DNA of 63,051 nucleotides, filler included, from Olpidium bornovanus S191 (GCA_017911155.1; 31 parts of 31 records of this genome joined end to end with filler, not necessarily neighbours in it), one strand, 5' to 3'. Counted from the first letter of the whole stretch, positions 1 through 12,785 are shown. The notes: a model not told the origin generated them from the letters alone. Numbers and translations: made by a program.

Positions 1-969
1 AGATGTCGGTCAAAAAGTCGCCCGGGGTGGCGACGGCAGGAGAAAGGGGGAGAGAGGGGGGAAGGAGGTGGAGGTGAGAGGTTGGCAAAGGGTGGCACCG
101 GCGAAAGGAATATTCCGCATGAAAGAGGTTCGCCCTGCCAGGTCACGATCCCCGCACGGGTTGAGGGAGTCTCGCGGACGAAAGGTTTGTCCAGTGGTTT
201 TTTAACAAACCGGAAACGGATGTCATTACTGGGCACATGCATATAATCAGGAAACGGGGAGGGCGTTGAAAAAGGGTTCTTTTCCCCACTCGAGATGCAG
301 AATAACGTTTTCAGTCGATCCTCTAATAAGTTATAGTCGCGGTGAGGGCCTCCAAGCATAACTCAGTAGAGGATATAACTTATGGACAATGCATGGGAGA
401 AATTAATTAGCTTGAGATACAAAGAAGCTGACCAGAAAGAAGCTCAACCCACACTACCTTTCTCTTCCCAGCCAGAAGCAAACAAAAAGAAAAAAAGCTT
501 AAGGCTCCCCAGACCCTCCAGGACAAGAAGACCATGGTTGCGCTGTAAAGTGCCACCGCACCCACCCCAGCAGGCGTGGTTTGCCACGTGACTTAATGTT
601 TGAGACATGCCCTAGGCCATTTTTTTTTCTGGTATCTAGCTTCTGCTTTGGCTTTGTTGCAGGCGCTGAAAATATTGGTGCCAAGTTGTGTTAATACAAG
701 CTGAATTGTTTCATACACCTAAGATGTCGCAGATGTGCCTCACACAACGCTTAGAAGCTCCAACTGTGCCAGCACCGTGCAGCCAACTCGTGGATGACTC
801 AGTTCAGCGTTGATCTTCCAACGGAATTTGCAAAACAGGGGAGAGTCTCCCTGCGGGTTTCCGGGGAGCGGTGCAAAAGGACCGCCGGGGGCAAGGGGGG
901 AGGGGGTGGGGGGAAGGCTGCGTTTGAGTGTTAAATCGAGGCGATCCCGGGTTTCCCAGCGATTTCTTT

Positions 970-2762
970 TCATTTTTTTCCCTTCTTCGGTGCCTTGGCG
1001 CTCTTCTTTCCCGAGCCCTTCTTCTTCGCAGACTTGGCGGGCTTCTTGGCGCTCTTGGCCTCCACCAATTTGACCGACCTGAGCCTCCTCCACCACCTCT
1101 GGATCCGTCTGCAGGCCTTATCCTTCACGGCGAGCTCGCGCTGCTCCTCTGCGACCTTCCTCCTCGTCTCGCGGTCGTCCTCGACGATTCGCTCAAGCTC
1201 CTCGTACTTAACGACGAGCTCTTCGTACTTGTCGAGGTCCTGCGCGCGCCTCTGCTTAAGGTCCTCTAACTCCTTGGCCTTGGCCTCGGTGTCCTCCTCG
1301 TACTTGACCATCCACTGCTGGATCTGCTGCTCCAGCTGCGAGCGCTGGTGGTTGAGAAACTCGACAATCTTATCGTGCGCCTTGAGCTCTTGCTCGATCT
1401 GCTTCTGCAGGTTGGCCTTCTCCTCCTGCAGCGCCTGCTCCTTCATCTGGCACTGCTGCCGCACGGACGCCTCGTGCGCCTTCGTCTCCTTCTTGATGTA
1501 CTTCTGCTCCGACGTGGTGAGCGCGTTGATCTCCTGGATGGTGTCCTTCAGCTGCTGGATCACCAGTGCCCGTTCGTTCTTCTCCTCCTCCAGCACGACC
1601 TTCTCGTTTCCCAGTTCCCTCTGCAGGCCCTTGAGCATCTCCATCGCGGCCTTTTCTCTGGCGAAATTCGTGCGGCACGAGCGGGGCGCACGGGGGTGTA
1701 CCCGTCAGGATCAGCGCAGGCAAAGGAAACAGAATTGGGACCCTGTGGAGGCCCCTCTGCCCCACTCATCCCGCCCTTGTCCTCTTTCTTCCCCGCCCGC
1801 GAACCCGGACGTACTGCTGGATGGTGTTTTTAAGGATGTTCTTCTTGCGGTACTCCTCCTCGACCGTCGCCGACAGGCTGTCGAACCTGTACTCCTTCAG
1901 CTCGCGGATCGTCTTCGAGATCAGTGCCTGCAGCGTGCTCCTCTCCGTCTGGATCTTGAGAAGGTTTTGAGCGACGCTGGGATGCGACTTGAGGTTTCTG
2001 GCGAGGACTGCCCTGACGGCGCAAGGAAATCAGGTCAAGGGACCAAATCCTGCGTTGACGGCTGACAAGGAGTTGGTGGAGGGGAGAGACGGGCCTGCGG
2101 GCGTTGTCACTGGCACGCATTGTTTCCGTGGGTCTGACATTTACCGTAGGTGTTCTGCTGGAGCTCGTTCGTCACGTCCATGATAGCAAGCTGGCTCTCC
2201 TTGTACTTGGTCTTGTTTGGCAGCGCCTTAAGCGTGTTCTGCTCTTGCACCAGTCGCTGATACTTTGACTCAAGCACCTTCTGGTCTTTCATGATCCTGG
2301 CGGTCTCGTCACCGCTCTGGCGCCGCAGGAGAGCGAATCGGTCAGGCCTGAGTGAAAAATCCCATCGTCTCCCCCACCCCATCCTGCCCCACCTATTTTT
2401 CCCTCCCATCACCGTTTCGGTCGGAAGGCGCTCGGGGGTGAGACGGTGGGGGAAAGGGGGAAGGGGGGAGAATACCCAAGGGACGATGATGATCCCTGGA
2501 GAGAAAACCTTACCGCCTGCTTCCCGTCGACGCGGGCGCCGACCTCGTGCGTGATGTCGCCAAGTACGGCGAGTTGGTCTAGCGCGTCCTCGAGCACGGC
2601 GATGTACGGCTGACTCTTGCCCGGCGGCAGCAGCAGTTTCTGGGTCGCCGGCGCTGGCGAGGTGTCCTGCACGCCGTCGCCTGCGCTGCTGCTGCCGCCG
2701 CCGCCGCCGTTCCCGGGCTCGTCGTTCGAGCGCGGGACGTGCCGCTGCAGCACGCTGGCCAT
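970..2762 (-). CDS. DRC9: Dynein regulatory complex subunit 9 (IQCG), 4 exons, apparently complete
   Basis: Exons splice in frame via GT-AG (approx. 2762-2514, 2316-2145, ~2010-1815, ~1660-970). The product is coiled-coil with IQQWMVKYEEDTEAKAKELEDLK, an IQ-like motif RIQRWWR and a Lys-rich tail, matching the IQCG/DRC9 C-terminus (FWMEKYDKDTE...LQAWWRG). Confidence 0.85.
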
Positions 2763-2880
2763 GGACTTTTAGGCGCATTTTAGGAGCACGGACGGAACGT
2801 TCGGGGAATAAACGCCGGTGGATGTTGATGGCGGACGATGTGGAAAAAATTCCGCTTTGACCGCGGAAAGCTTGCAGAGA

Positions 2881-2980
2881 NNNNNNNNNNNNNNNNNNNN
2901 NNNNNNNNNNNNNNNNNNNNNNNNTTAATTAATTAANNNNNNNNNNNNNNNNNNNNNNNNNNNNNNNNNNNNNNNNNNNN
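2881..2980. other. Artificial contig linker N44-TTAATTAATTAA-N44 (first of 30)
   Basis: The same 100-nt linker, with stops in all six frames, starts at 2881, 5427, 8908, 12406, 14634, 15751, 18361, 20234, 22969, 24496, 25888, 27062, 28265, 29792, 32824, 34290, 35632, 37138, 38523, 42291, 44545, 45710, 48202, 49559, 52577, 54026, 57364, 59143, 60377 and 61561. Confidence 0.99.
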
Positions 2981-3056
2981 ACCTCACGACAGCCGACCTC
3001 CTTTTCGTGTTTTTGGCAGTGGCTTCTTGATGAGATCTTTCGCGAATTCACTGCCT

Positions 3057-3197
3057 TGTCCACGGCCGTTCGGGAGCAAACGGTGGCGCGTCACGCCCAT
3101 GGGCTACACCGGGGTGCCCGCAGGTTTCGGTCGTCTCATGGGGAAAGTCTTCGCTGCAGAACCCGGCCGCTCTGTCGCCGTGTTCATTGACGACGTC
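3057..3197 (+). mobile_element. Reverse transcriptase fragment (Ty3/gypsy-like)
   Basis: PFGSKRWRVTPMGYTGVPAGFGRLMGKVF...VAVFIDDV corresponds to RT motifs up to the YxDD box. It is truncated immediately after DD. Confidence 0.75.
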
Positions 3198-3199
3198 AC

Positions 3200-3480
3200 T
3201 GCCTTCTCTGCCTTCGACCTCTGCTCGACGCCAGTGGGGCCCCCATACCATCGATCGATTCGCCACGGCGCGCAAACGGCAACTGCCGTGCTTTGCCTCC
3301 GCTACCCCGGAGGAGGGGGGAATTGCGCTTGACGCATTCTCCCTCGATTGGCCCGCGGAAAAGGCGGGGGCCATGTTCCTTCGCTTCCTCACGAAAATGC
3401 AAACGGACAATGCGGTGCTGACGCTGCTGATCCCCGCCTGGACGACGTCCACCTGGTTCGCCGCCGTCATGAAGCACACC
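3200..3480 (+). mobile_element. Degenerate DIRS/Ngaro-type N6-adenine methyltransferase-like domain
   Basis: RQWGPHTIDRFATARKRQLPCFAS...ALDAFSLDW...LTLLIPAWTTSTWF matches the DIRS MT pattern (WGP.TIDRFA...LPRF.S...DAF..DW...NPPW...LIVP.W...WW). The NPPW catalytic segment is missing. Confidence 0.7.
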
Positions 3481-4787
3481 ATCGCACCGCGTGTTGGAAA
3501 TGGCCCGAGACGGCGCAAATTACGCAACAAAAAAAAAACCATCCCCACCGTCCGGGTAAATATCGCTGTTTGTCGGCGGTATCTGTCAACCTGCTTTGAG
3601 GGGTCGTCGTCGAAATAAGGCCTCAGTCGGGTTTCATCGCCGTGATCAGAGGGGCTGTTTGGTGTCGGTGCGAGGGATCGCAAGGTGTATCGCGCGGGAG
3701 AGGCGAAACGGCGTCTTCCCGAGGGCGGAGCGTCGGCGGAGCAAGTCTAAGGTAGCTTGCACGTCGACAACAATGGCCCTGTCAGTTGTCCCCGGCGGGT
3801 CGCCTCCGCTGCTGCCTTCCATATTTCCGGAGACAGCCTTCGACAACCGTGGCCCCGCACCGTGCGAGGTTACCAGGAGGGGCATTCATCCGAGCGCCTG
3901 GTGGCCTCGCTGCGATGACTCGTCGGATGATGCGATGCTACGACCAGCGCAGGTTGGCCGCAGCAGGGCCCGGCCCGGCGTCACGGGCAGTGTGGATAAG
4001 AGGGTGGTGAACACGCGGGCATTTGCAGCCCCGCAGTGATGCGACGAGACATGGGGGTGGGAATGGGTGGGGCGGCACGGCGCGGGAGGTTTTGACATGC
4101 CCAGGTTTTTACGTGCCTTGATGAGCGCAGGTCTCGGGGCGGGAGACGCCAGACCGGCCGGAGCAGCCCTGCCTAACCGACCGGCCGCCCCGCCCCCGCC
4201 CGCTCTTCGCCCGCCCCCCGTCGTGCGCCGCAGGAGAGGAGATCACCCGCACGACGCAGGCCCGCCCCTCCCCACCCCTCCCCCCCTCCCCCCTCAGCGG
4301 CGGGCAGCAGCAGCAGCAGCGGCAGCGGCAGGCGAAACAAAAAGCCGCGAAGGTGTGGGGCTCCGCTGTCGGGACGCGTTTGGGTGTCTCGGACGAACCA
4401 ACCCTTTTCTCCCCCTCGCTCCGCCCCGCTGCGTGCCGTCCGAGGGCGGGTGTTCTGTCCTCCCTCTTTCCAATCTCCACGGCCGGGTGGGGGGCTGGGG
4501 ATGACGAATCCAGACGCCGACAAAGAGCCCCTCATGCACGCCGCCGGGGAAGGGGGCGAAAGCCCCTGGCCTCGTGTTGCAGAATTTCCGGCCTCCTTGG
4601 ATTGCGGTAAAGAGAATAACGGACGTTGCGATCTGACAAGAGTCCGTTCTGCCACACGACTTGAACTGCAGACCGAGGTCTGTGAAGCGGCGGCATTTGC
4701 TATTGGCGAGGTCGCTTTTTGCCCATCTAGACAAGGCCGAGACAGGCGGAACCCCCGAAGAGGAAAACAGCGGCGGCGACCGAGAAA

Positions 4788-5426
<639 letters not shown>

Positions 5427-6022
5427 NNNNNNNNNNNNNNNNNNNNNNNNNNNNNNNNNNNNNNNNNNNNTTAATTAATTAANNNNNNNNNNNNNNNNNN
5501 NNNNNNNNNNNNNNNNNNNNNNNNNNCATGTCCGCGGCCGCGGTGGAAAAGCTCACGGCCCTCGGGGAGCAGGACTGCAGCGAGGATCTTTTACATTCAG
5601 TACATAGAGAACGCGGAGCTGCCGGCTCCAAGAAGATGAAATTCTTATTGGCGTATCCTCCGCCGGTCGCGCAGGCAACCGCAAAAATCGCACGGGTCGC
5701 GGTGCTGCCGGACTGGACGTCCTCTTCAAACGGCCGAGAAGGGCGCGCGTGTGTGCATCGCAACTGGGACGTCGCAAGCCGCGGCAATGGTGGTATGACG
5801 ACTGCTGCCCGTTTTGCGTGCACAGAGGGCCCGCCGGCGTAGGCACGTGCCACGCAAGACAAACCGGACGACGTTTGCGCTAATAGCAACCGACAACAAG
5901 AATAGTGGGGAAACAGCAAATCGGACCGTCGGTTCCCGCCTGGTTCGCGTGGTTAACCTGCCAAGTGGGCACGGCGAGGGGAAATTCCGTGGACCTCTCT
6001 TGACGGCTTCCTTTTGTCAGGA

Positions 6023-7375
6023 TCACTGGGACATCTCGGCGGCGTTGGCGGCAACGACTGCGGCGACATTAAGCCGAACGGCCTTGACGGGCTCGTGCTT
6101 CCTCAATGTCATCCCAAGAGACCGGCACATCGCCGCTTGTGCTTGCGCAAGGTCCTAAAACAATATGCCCACAAGCAGTTTTGTCGGCCACGACCGCTCG
6201 GCCGATAAAAAAAAAATCGAAACCGCGGGATAATCAACGCGGCGGCGCGCAAACCTCGTTTGCCGGGCATCTGTTCAATTCGGCGAGTTGGAGCCAGAAT
6301 TCCCGGGAAGACCGGTTGATCCGGTCGATGGCTACGGCGTTTGCGCGCTCCATTTCGTCAGCTTCCTCTCCGGCTTTCTCCTGCAAATCAACGAGGGAAA
6401 CTTTATAATTAACGTCAGAGCGCGGGCGCGAGAGAGAGAGACAAACTCCTTGAGTCGGCATGCGGGGCTTGCCAACGAACCGCGTATCGTTTCAGCATGT
6501 CCTTCCTGTCGATAACGTCTAGCCTCGGAAACTTGATCGAACCTTTTTTTTTGGCGCCCCAAACGACAGCGGCGCACAGAGCAGAGAGTGGCTAATTGGT
6601 TACAGTTCCCTGTTGGACACACCCGGAGCCCGCGGCTGCAACTCACTCGTCTTGACCAGCGCGAACACCTCGGCCATCCATTCGTGGTGGCGCTTATACC
6701 GCTCGACGGCAACGTCTCGCTTGGAAACGACGATTTCAGCGTCTGGCAGGCGAGGGCACGACCCTTTCGTATAAGCGGACGAGTAACAGCGCAGTCAAAT
6801 ACAAAACGGACCGGCTACCAGAGGCACAGAGACTTACCGAAGTCTACGGACGGTTTGACTCCAACCGCGACCGGCTTCGGATGCTTGGCCTGAAGTCAGG
6901 AGGACCACACCAGGAAACGCCCTTCCGGTAGTTACTAACAAGCGTGCGGGTCGCGGTTATCCCCCATCCCCCTTTTCCCCATCCGCACAACCCCCCCCCC
7001 CCCCCTCCCCTCCACCCTCACCCGCTTGATAACAAGATTTTCTTCGATTCTGCAACTTTCTACCTTCTTAGCCCCCGTGGACTTTGCCGGCCCCGGAGCG
7101 ACCGCCAGCGCCGGCCCCGGAGCCGCTGCCGCCGAGGCGGCCGCTGCCGAACGCGGCCCGGGCGACGCGTGTTCGGTTGGAGACACGAGCGCGGGCGGCT
7201 GGCGGGCGACCGCCTTGTCGACGGAGTCCCCGGGCGTGCTGCCCGGGGGCGCCCGGCGGCAGTCGTCCAGGCGGACAGGCCTGGCAGGCTCCGGCTGCTG
7301 CGGACGGGAGTCGACGGCGTTCGTCTGTCCTTGACCGGTTTGCCAGGCGGCCGGAGGGGAGGAAGAAGGCGCCAT
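6023..7375 (-). CDS. Six-exon protein, possibly SWI/SNF-RSC subunit Ssr4-like (DUF1750)
   Basis: Six exons join with consistent phases into ...SVDFDAEIVVSKRDVAVERYKRHHEWMAEVFALVKTSSIKFPRLDVIDRKDMLKRYAEKAGEEADEMERANAVAIDRINRSSREFW...AEMSQ*. RYKRHHEWMAEVF resembles the RYKxHHEWMEEIF motif I recall from fungal Ssr4 proteins. The gene structure is better supported than the family call. Confidence 0.5.
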
Positions 7376-7918
7376 TTGCGCTTATGCCGACGAGCAGGGG
7401 TCTTTTTTTTTTTTTTTTTTTTTTTTTCCCTTTTTTCCAACGATGAAAAATCTCCGGGCCATTTGACGCGCGCGCACACTAAACCATCTTGCAAAAACAG
7501 AGGAAAAAAACCCCCCAAACGGCCTTTCTTCGCGCGGACAACGCCGGGTCTCCACGCAGCACGGCCGCTCGCCCCGCAGGCCGCGAACCGCACCGCGGGC
7601 AGCACCGAGTAGGGGTCGCAGCTCCTGCTCCCGAAGAAGAAACCCCGGGCCGGTCTCCGGCAAGGCGGGATACGGAGCGCACGGCAGTGCGGCGGCGTGT
7701 GCGGGCAGTCCCGCGAGACAGCGGAGACGCTTGAAAAAAAGACCAGGTTAGGGGTGGAAGGCCATCAAGACGGGGTGGAGCGGTGGGACGTTTTTTTTTC
7801 CCGGCGCACTTTCTCATCCTTCTCCCCTCCCCTCCTTCTCTACCCCGCGCAGCCGCCCTGCCGTGCGTCAAAAAAAGAAACGGGCGGGAAAAAAAAAACA
7901 GGTGGGAAAGCGGCAGGA

Positions 7919-8907
7919 ATGGACGAACTCCCGCTGATCGACACTTTTGAGAAGTCGGGTTCGGGCGCCCGGAGGTCGACCAAAAGCGGCTGCCATCTTT
8001 CGCAGTACCGCTGCCGCGCGGGCGCGGTCGTTCCCTGGCAGCCGGAGGAGCCGGGCTCGCGGGAGGAGGCGGTCGCCGCGGGAGCGCTCCGCGGCGGCCG
8101 CGCCGCTGAGCCGCCGCACCGGAGGGAAATCGGTGAGCACCCGTTCAACCACCGGGTGCAGCTCCTGTTCCCCGCCGCAGTCAGCGGCGGCGGCGGCGAC
8201 CGGGACTGGGAGGACCCGAAAGCCGAGGTCGACGGCGGCGCCCTTGGCCCGGCTCTCGGCGCGGGGATCCGGTTCGTGGAGGACCAGTTTTTCTACTACT
8301 GCACGGACCTGCCGCTGTCGTACTTCGTCACGAGCGCGTTCAGGACGATATGCCTTCGCGCCGGGACTGTGATCGCCCTGACCGTCGGGAGGAACATTGA
8401 CACCGACGACGTCGTGGCGATCGACGGCCGCGGTAGGTTCTTGCCGGAGAGAGTGGCCCTTCCGCACCTTCCCGTGACGCCCAAGTTACTTTTTTGCGCT
8501 TCCCCGCCCGCGGTCGGAGTGTTCCGTTCCTTAACCCCACCTCCCCGGCAAACCCCCCGCCAAAAGCATTGCGCAATAAGCGCCGACAGATCGTCTGACA
8601 GTGTGGACTTTTTCAGGGACGTTGATCCTTAGCCTGACCAAAGACACGTACGAGGTCGCCGGGCTATCGGGCCGCCCGGCCCGGTTCGGGAGAGACCGCT
8701 TCAGTACGGGCCACTGAACCGATCGTACGGCCGGCGGAGCTGCGCGGCCGCACTTGGCTTGGAAGGGCGCCAGAAACGCGGAGCGGCGCAACCCAGTATG
8801 CTGACCCTCGGACGCGTGTTCCACCGCGTAGCCGTTCAAGTCGACCTCCGCTCGCTCACCCAGAGACAGCTTGGCCGCCTGGAATGGTGCTTCAGCCACA
8901 CCATGAA
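7919..8907 (+). CDS. RPP40: RNase P/MRP subunit Rpp40, 5' part
   Basis: HPFNHRVQLLFP...FFYYCTDLPLSYFVTSAFRTICLRAGTVIALTVGRNIDTDDVVAIDGRG|TLILSLTKDTYEVAGLSG...VDLRSLTQRQLGRLEWCF aligns with RPP40 (HYYNYSISFLIP...YALTYNTHIDEDNTVALLPNGKLILSLDKDTYEETGLQG). Confidence 0.85.
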
Positions 8908-9029
8908 NNNNNNNNNNNNNNNNNNNNNNNNNNNNNNNNNNNNNNNNNNNNTTAATTAATTAANNNNNNNNNNNNNNNNNNNNNNNNNNNNNNNNNNNNN
9001 NNNNNNNCATGATTGAACCCGCGAGCAAC

Positions 9030-9075
9030 TTGGAACCACCGTATTGCAAAATTTGGAACCACCGTATTGCAAAAT
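9030..9075. repeat. Perfect 23-bp tandem duplication
   Basis: TTGGAACCACCGTATTGCAAAAT x2. Confidence 0.95.
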
Positions 9076-11899
9076 AAACAAAACCATACCGCCTGTGCGC
9101 ATTTTTCCCAGAGGACGGCTTGCGACTGCGACTCCCACGGCGGAGGGCGGCAGCTCCTTGGGTCCGGTAAGAGGCGAGAGGCGGCACGAGCTGAGTTTCC
9201 TTTAGGAGTTTTTTCGAGCCCTCTATCCGAGGTCCCTTCGAGCCCCTCTCGGTACGGGCATAAACGGCAATGGGAGAGGTCAGCTGACACCTTGGATGCC
9301 TTGCAGCAAGAGCCCCCGCTGTCCCTGTTTTCTCTCTCCTTCTTCTTGAGGTCGGGCCCTTCTAGGCCAACAGCGGCGCCATCTCGCCGCCCTTTCTTTG
9401 CGCCGTTGCAGCGCTCTGCGCCGCCGCCGCAGCGCGCGGCGTCATCTCGGCGCTCCCTCGGCGCCATCTCGGCGCTCTCTCTGCGCCATTGCGGCGCTCT
9501 CTCGGACGGGAACGCTGTTCCCGCAGGGCCGCCTCTTGCGGACCCCTGAAGCAACCGGCTCTCGCCCTTCCTCCAACTACGGGGTGTTAACCTGCTCGGA
9601 CGTACGGGTACTACTACGGGCAGCCGCCCGAGACTCGACGTAAACCTGGGCACGTCGACCACGAGGTTGCCGCACGACGCGGGAAGAAATGGGCTTGTGC
9701 GCGCTTGACGAGGATGGTCGACGGGCGTTGGCTCGGGATGGGGATGGGGATGGTGACGTAAATCCATTTGTGGAATGTTATAGTTTCTGGGAGCCGTTGT
9801 CGAAGCACGTGCCGTGCCCACGTCGTACGCATCTGCCGCGGAAGAGCCGTCTCTGGAAAAAAAACGTGCATCGGGGCAGTCGTGCCCTCTCTCCATCAAC
9901 CACGCGTGCCCGATTCCGAACCTGCCTGAGCGCATCGGCGGCAGAACCTGCGGCGAGCTTCCACCCGTAATCCTGCGTTATACCCTGCGCGCAACCTGAC
10001 TTCCCGTCCGCCGCCGTGTAGGGGCATAAGGCGGTGTTCTTTACTTTGAAAAAAAAAATCTGGTGGCAAAAGGGAATGGGGGGGTTGGACTACGGTAGAA
10101 ACGAGCGACAGCGCACATCACTTGTCTACGGCAAGACGTGCGACGCGCACAGACCCCCCCCCCCACGTGGCTTGGACAATCGGCGACCGGGAAAGACCGG
10201 GGGAACACAGGACAAGTTCAAGCGCGGCGCTGTTGTGAGAAAATAAGCGGTGCAGCTAAGAGCGAGGGCAAAGGAGTGAATGCCAGAACTCCACAGGGAA
10301 AAGCCAAAACTAGAGCATGGAAATCCAACGCGTAGAGAGTTAGGGTTGCTATGGAAGTGATTGCCTCCGGGCGAACGCGTCGCTTTCCTCTTCCTCCCAA
10401 AAAAGACAACGAAATCCTCCACTACGGTTAAAATTCCTACTCGCATTCACGGAACCCCCTCCCTCCCACCCCCACCCCCGAAGCGAACCGCGCGCGCGGA
10501 AGACGTAGAAAGAGAAAGAAATGCCCTATGGATTAAAGGGCCTGTGCCGCTCGTAAACTGCAACTCATTCTCTCTCTACGTCTTCGCGCGCGCGGTTCGC
10601 TTCGGGTGGTGGGGGGGATAATCCGGGAGTGCGAAAAGAATTTTCACCGTAGTGGAAAATTTCGCTATCTTTTTTAGGGGGAGGAGAGGCGACACGGTTT
10701 CTTTTTTGGGTGCAAGGGGGGGTGGGGGAGGGGGAGGAGGCGACGCGCAGGGGCCAAATTCGGGGAGCGGGGAGCGGAGCGCGGAATGCGGAGCGCGCAG
10801 GGCGCGGGGAGGAAGCAGCTAAGCGCGGGAGACGGAGAAGAGAGAGCGGGTTTCTGTTGTGGTGTAGTATTCGGGTGAGGATGAAGCGCGAGTTCACCTG
10901 TGGACGCGCCCGCCCCGAGGGTTTTCCCCTTCGCCAGGGGACCCGCCCAGCCCACCGGTGAAGGCGCCCTGAGATCGCAACTGCATCGAGCAGCTGACCT
11001 GCACCGGTGCGCACCGGGGCGCACCCAGGGGTATGGCACCGGCTTCGGCGCAAGCGCCGGTAATGGGAGGTGCTCCGAAGAGCACTGCAAAAAGCTCCAA
11101 AAAAGCTTTGAAGGTGAAGAATGCCGAGACTGCAGAACGTCAAGACAAATGGTCGCACTACCGGGACGCAGCCCCGGCTCACGCAGAAGCTTCCCCCACC
11201 CCCCGGCACCGTTTCGTTTTTCTTGTCATTTGCTTGCACGCAAGGTCGTCTTCACCACGAATTGTGGCTGTTTCAGATCTGCCAACATTGCATTGAAGGC
11301 CGTTCTCATCTGCGCCTGCGATTTTGTCCTAAGATTAATTTGTGTCCACCCACGCCCTGGACGAAAACATGAACATATGCAAATATATCACCGGCGACCA
11401 TTTGAACTCGTAAACATGCCGCCTTAAAAGGTGCTGTTTTCACGTTCTAGCCAGGATGGGGCTCTCACCGTCATCCTGCTTCCGCCGCAATACTCTTGTC
11501 GACGATTGTGATTCGGACCTTGGATTTGTAAGAGCTCGAACTGTACGTCGAAGATCCGGCAAAACATATGTCGACCTCCGGACATGCACACAACCAGCAC
11601 GGGACCTTGTGTGAGCTCCTGTTTTTTTGCGAGTAAAAGTGTGAAAAGTTCTCTTTTTGCAATTCTTGTCCACATTCCTGAATAACGCCGACCTTAGCCA
11701 TTTTGTTGGCCAAGGTTGTCTCTTTCTGCCGAAAAGCCGCCGCAACAACCAGTCCGAGAATTGGACACACGCAAATTGTTTCACGGACATTTTGATTTCA
11801 GCACCAGGAACTAGTTTCGTCGCAACTTCTTTTGCTGTATTCTGCTGAATCGGCACGTGTAGTGCTCCCTTTTCCGGTTGCATCACAGTTGACAAGCGC

Positions 11900-12030
11900 G
11901 CATTGTAATCGTCGTCTATGTAAACGACATAATCATCCCCGGATCGGACCCAAGGCCGTTCCATGAGATAGAGAAAAATCTTGGCGACAAATTCAAGATG
12001 ACTGGCGGAAGCGACATCTCTTCATCCTGG
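11900..12030 (+). mobile_element. Degenerate Ty1/copia reverse transcriptase remnant
   Basis: IVIVVYVNDIIIPGSDPRPFHEIEKNLGDKFKMTGG matches the copia YVDDIII.G......IK..L...F.MTD.G motif, with the catalytic D changed to N. Flanks contain stops. Confidence 0.8.
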
Positions 12031-12544
12031 AGATGGAAGGAGATGGAAGGGGGAAAAGATGCCGAGAAGAACAACGCAGCTGCAGCCTTCAGCGTTTTCA
12101 GGGGTGGGGTATGGGGGTATCGATACCTTCCTTTGTTAAAGGTTAAAGGGTGGCCCCAAATGAGGTTATATAAATATACATAACTCCGTTTGGGGCAACC
12201 CCGAAATTTCAAACGAAAGAAAGGGTCGATACCCTCATACCTTTGAAGTCGTTGCGATGAAGGATACCGCCGACAGCAAAGCTGTCCGGCTTGCGGTATC
12301 TTTAAATCTTTAACCTGCTCGATTTGATAGTCTGTTGTTCAGGTCATAAGCAGACCACAGCAACTGGCAACGGTTAATCACTAACAGTCATCGAAGTTAC
12401 GCATGNNNNNNNNNNNNNNNNNNNNNNNNNNNNNNNNNNNNNNNNNNNNTTAATTAATTAANNNNNNNNNNNNNNNNNNNNNNNNNNNNNNNNNNNNNNN
12501 NNNNNCATGCCGGGGATTTTCCTGGCTCCGACAAGTTTATGGGG

Positions 12545-12785
12545 CAGTCGCCGAGGACCGCACCCCAACTCCGCTGAAGATAGATAACCAGGGCGCCTTA
12601 GCTATAGCCCCTGATGTTCATCGATTATCCAAGCGATTAAGACCCGTCATCTCTGCGTTCCCGAGTGCACCACAGGCAGCAAAGTTGCGCCGTCCTGGGT
12701 CCCGTTGGCAGACAACTTTGCAGATGGCCTCAGAAAAAAGTCTCGGCGGTTCCGGCTTCGTCAAGTTCCGTGACTTTGTCAGCAT
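12545..12785 (+). mobile_element. Degenerate Ty1/copia RNase H remnant
   Basis: TPLKIDNQGALAIA...VHRLSKR and, after frameshifts, KVAPSWVPLADNFADGL..SLGGSGFVKFRDFV match copia RNase H (DNQGA; WVPT.DN.AD.LTK). Confidence 0.8.

Noticed and set aside
340-830. AT-richer segment possibly a decayed transposon
   Set aside because: No recognisable motif in any frame.
995-2065. Long plus-strand ORF (356 aa) and many other overlapping GC-rich ORFs in the track
   Set aside because: These are antisense or alternate-frame shadows of real genes (here DRC9). Stop codons are scarce in GC-rich DNA.
2925-2936. TTAATTAATTAA recurring 30 times
   Set aside because: Synthetic six-frame-stop linker flanked by fixed N runs, not biological.
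9030-9075. 23-bp direct repeats here and at 24601-24665 as possible CRISPR remnants
   Set aside because: The copies are directly adjacent with no unique spacers, so these are simple tandem duplications.
8952-9935. Minus-strand 327-aa ORF as retroelement gag
   Set aside because: Only vague similarity (PQMDL, Cys cluster) with no diagnostic motif, so it is not supportable without a search.
11440-11964. Minus-strand ORF with VRSGDDYVVY, resembling an RdRp GDD motif (endogenous RNA virus?)
   Set aside because: It is the antisense shadow of the copia RT remnant on the plus strand (YVND box), and no other RdRp motifs are present.
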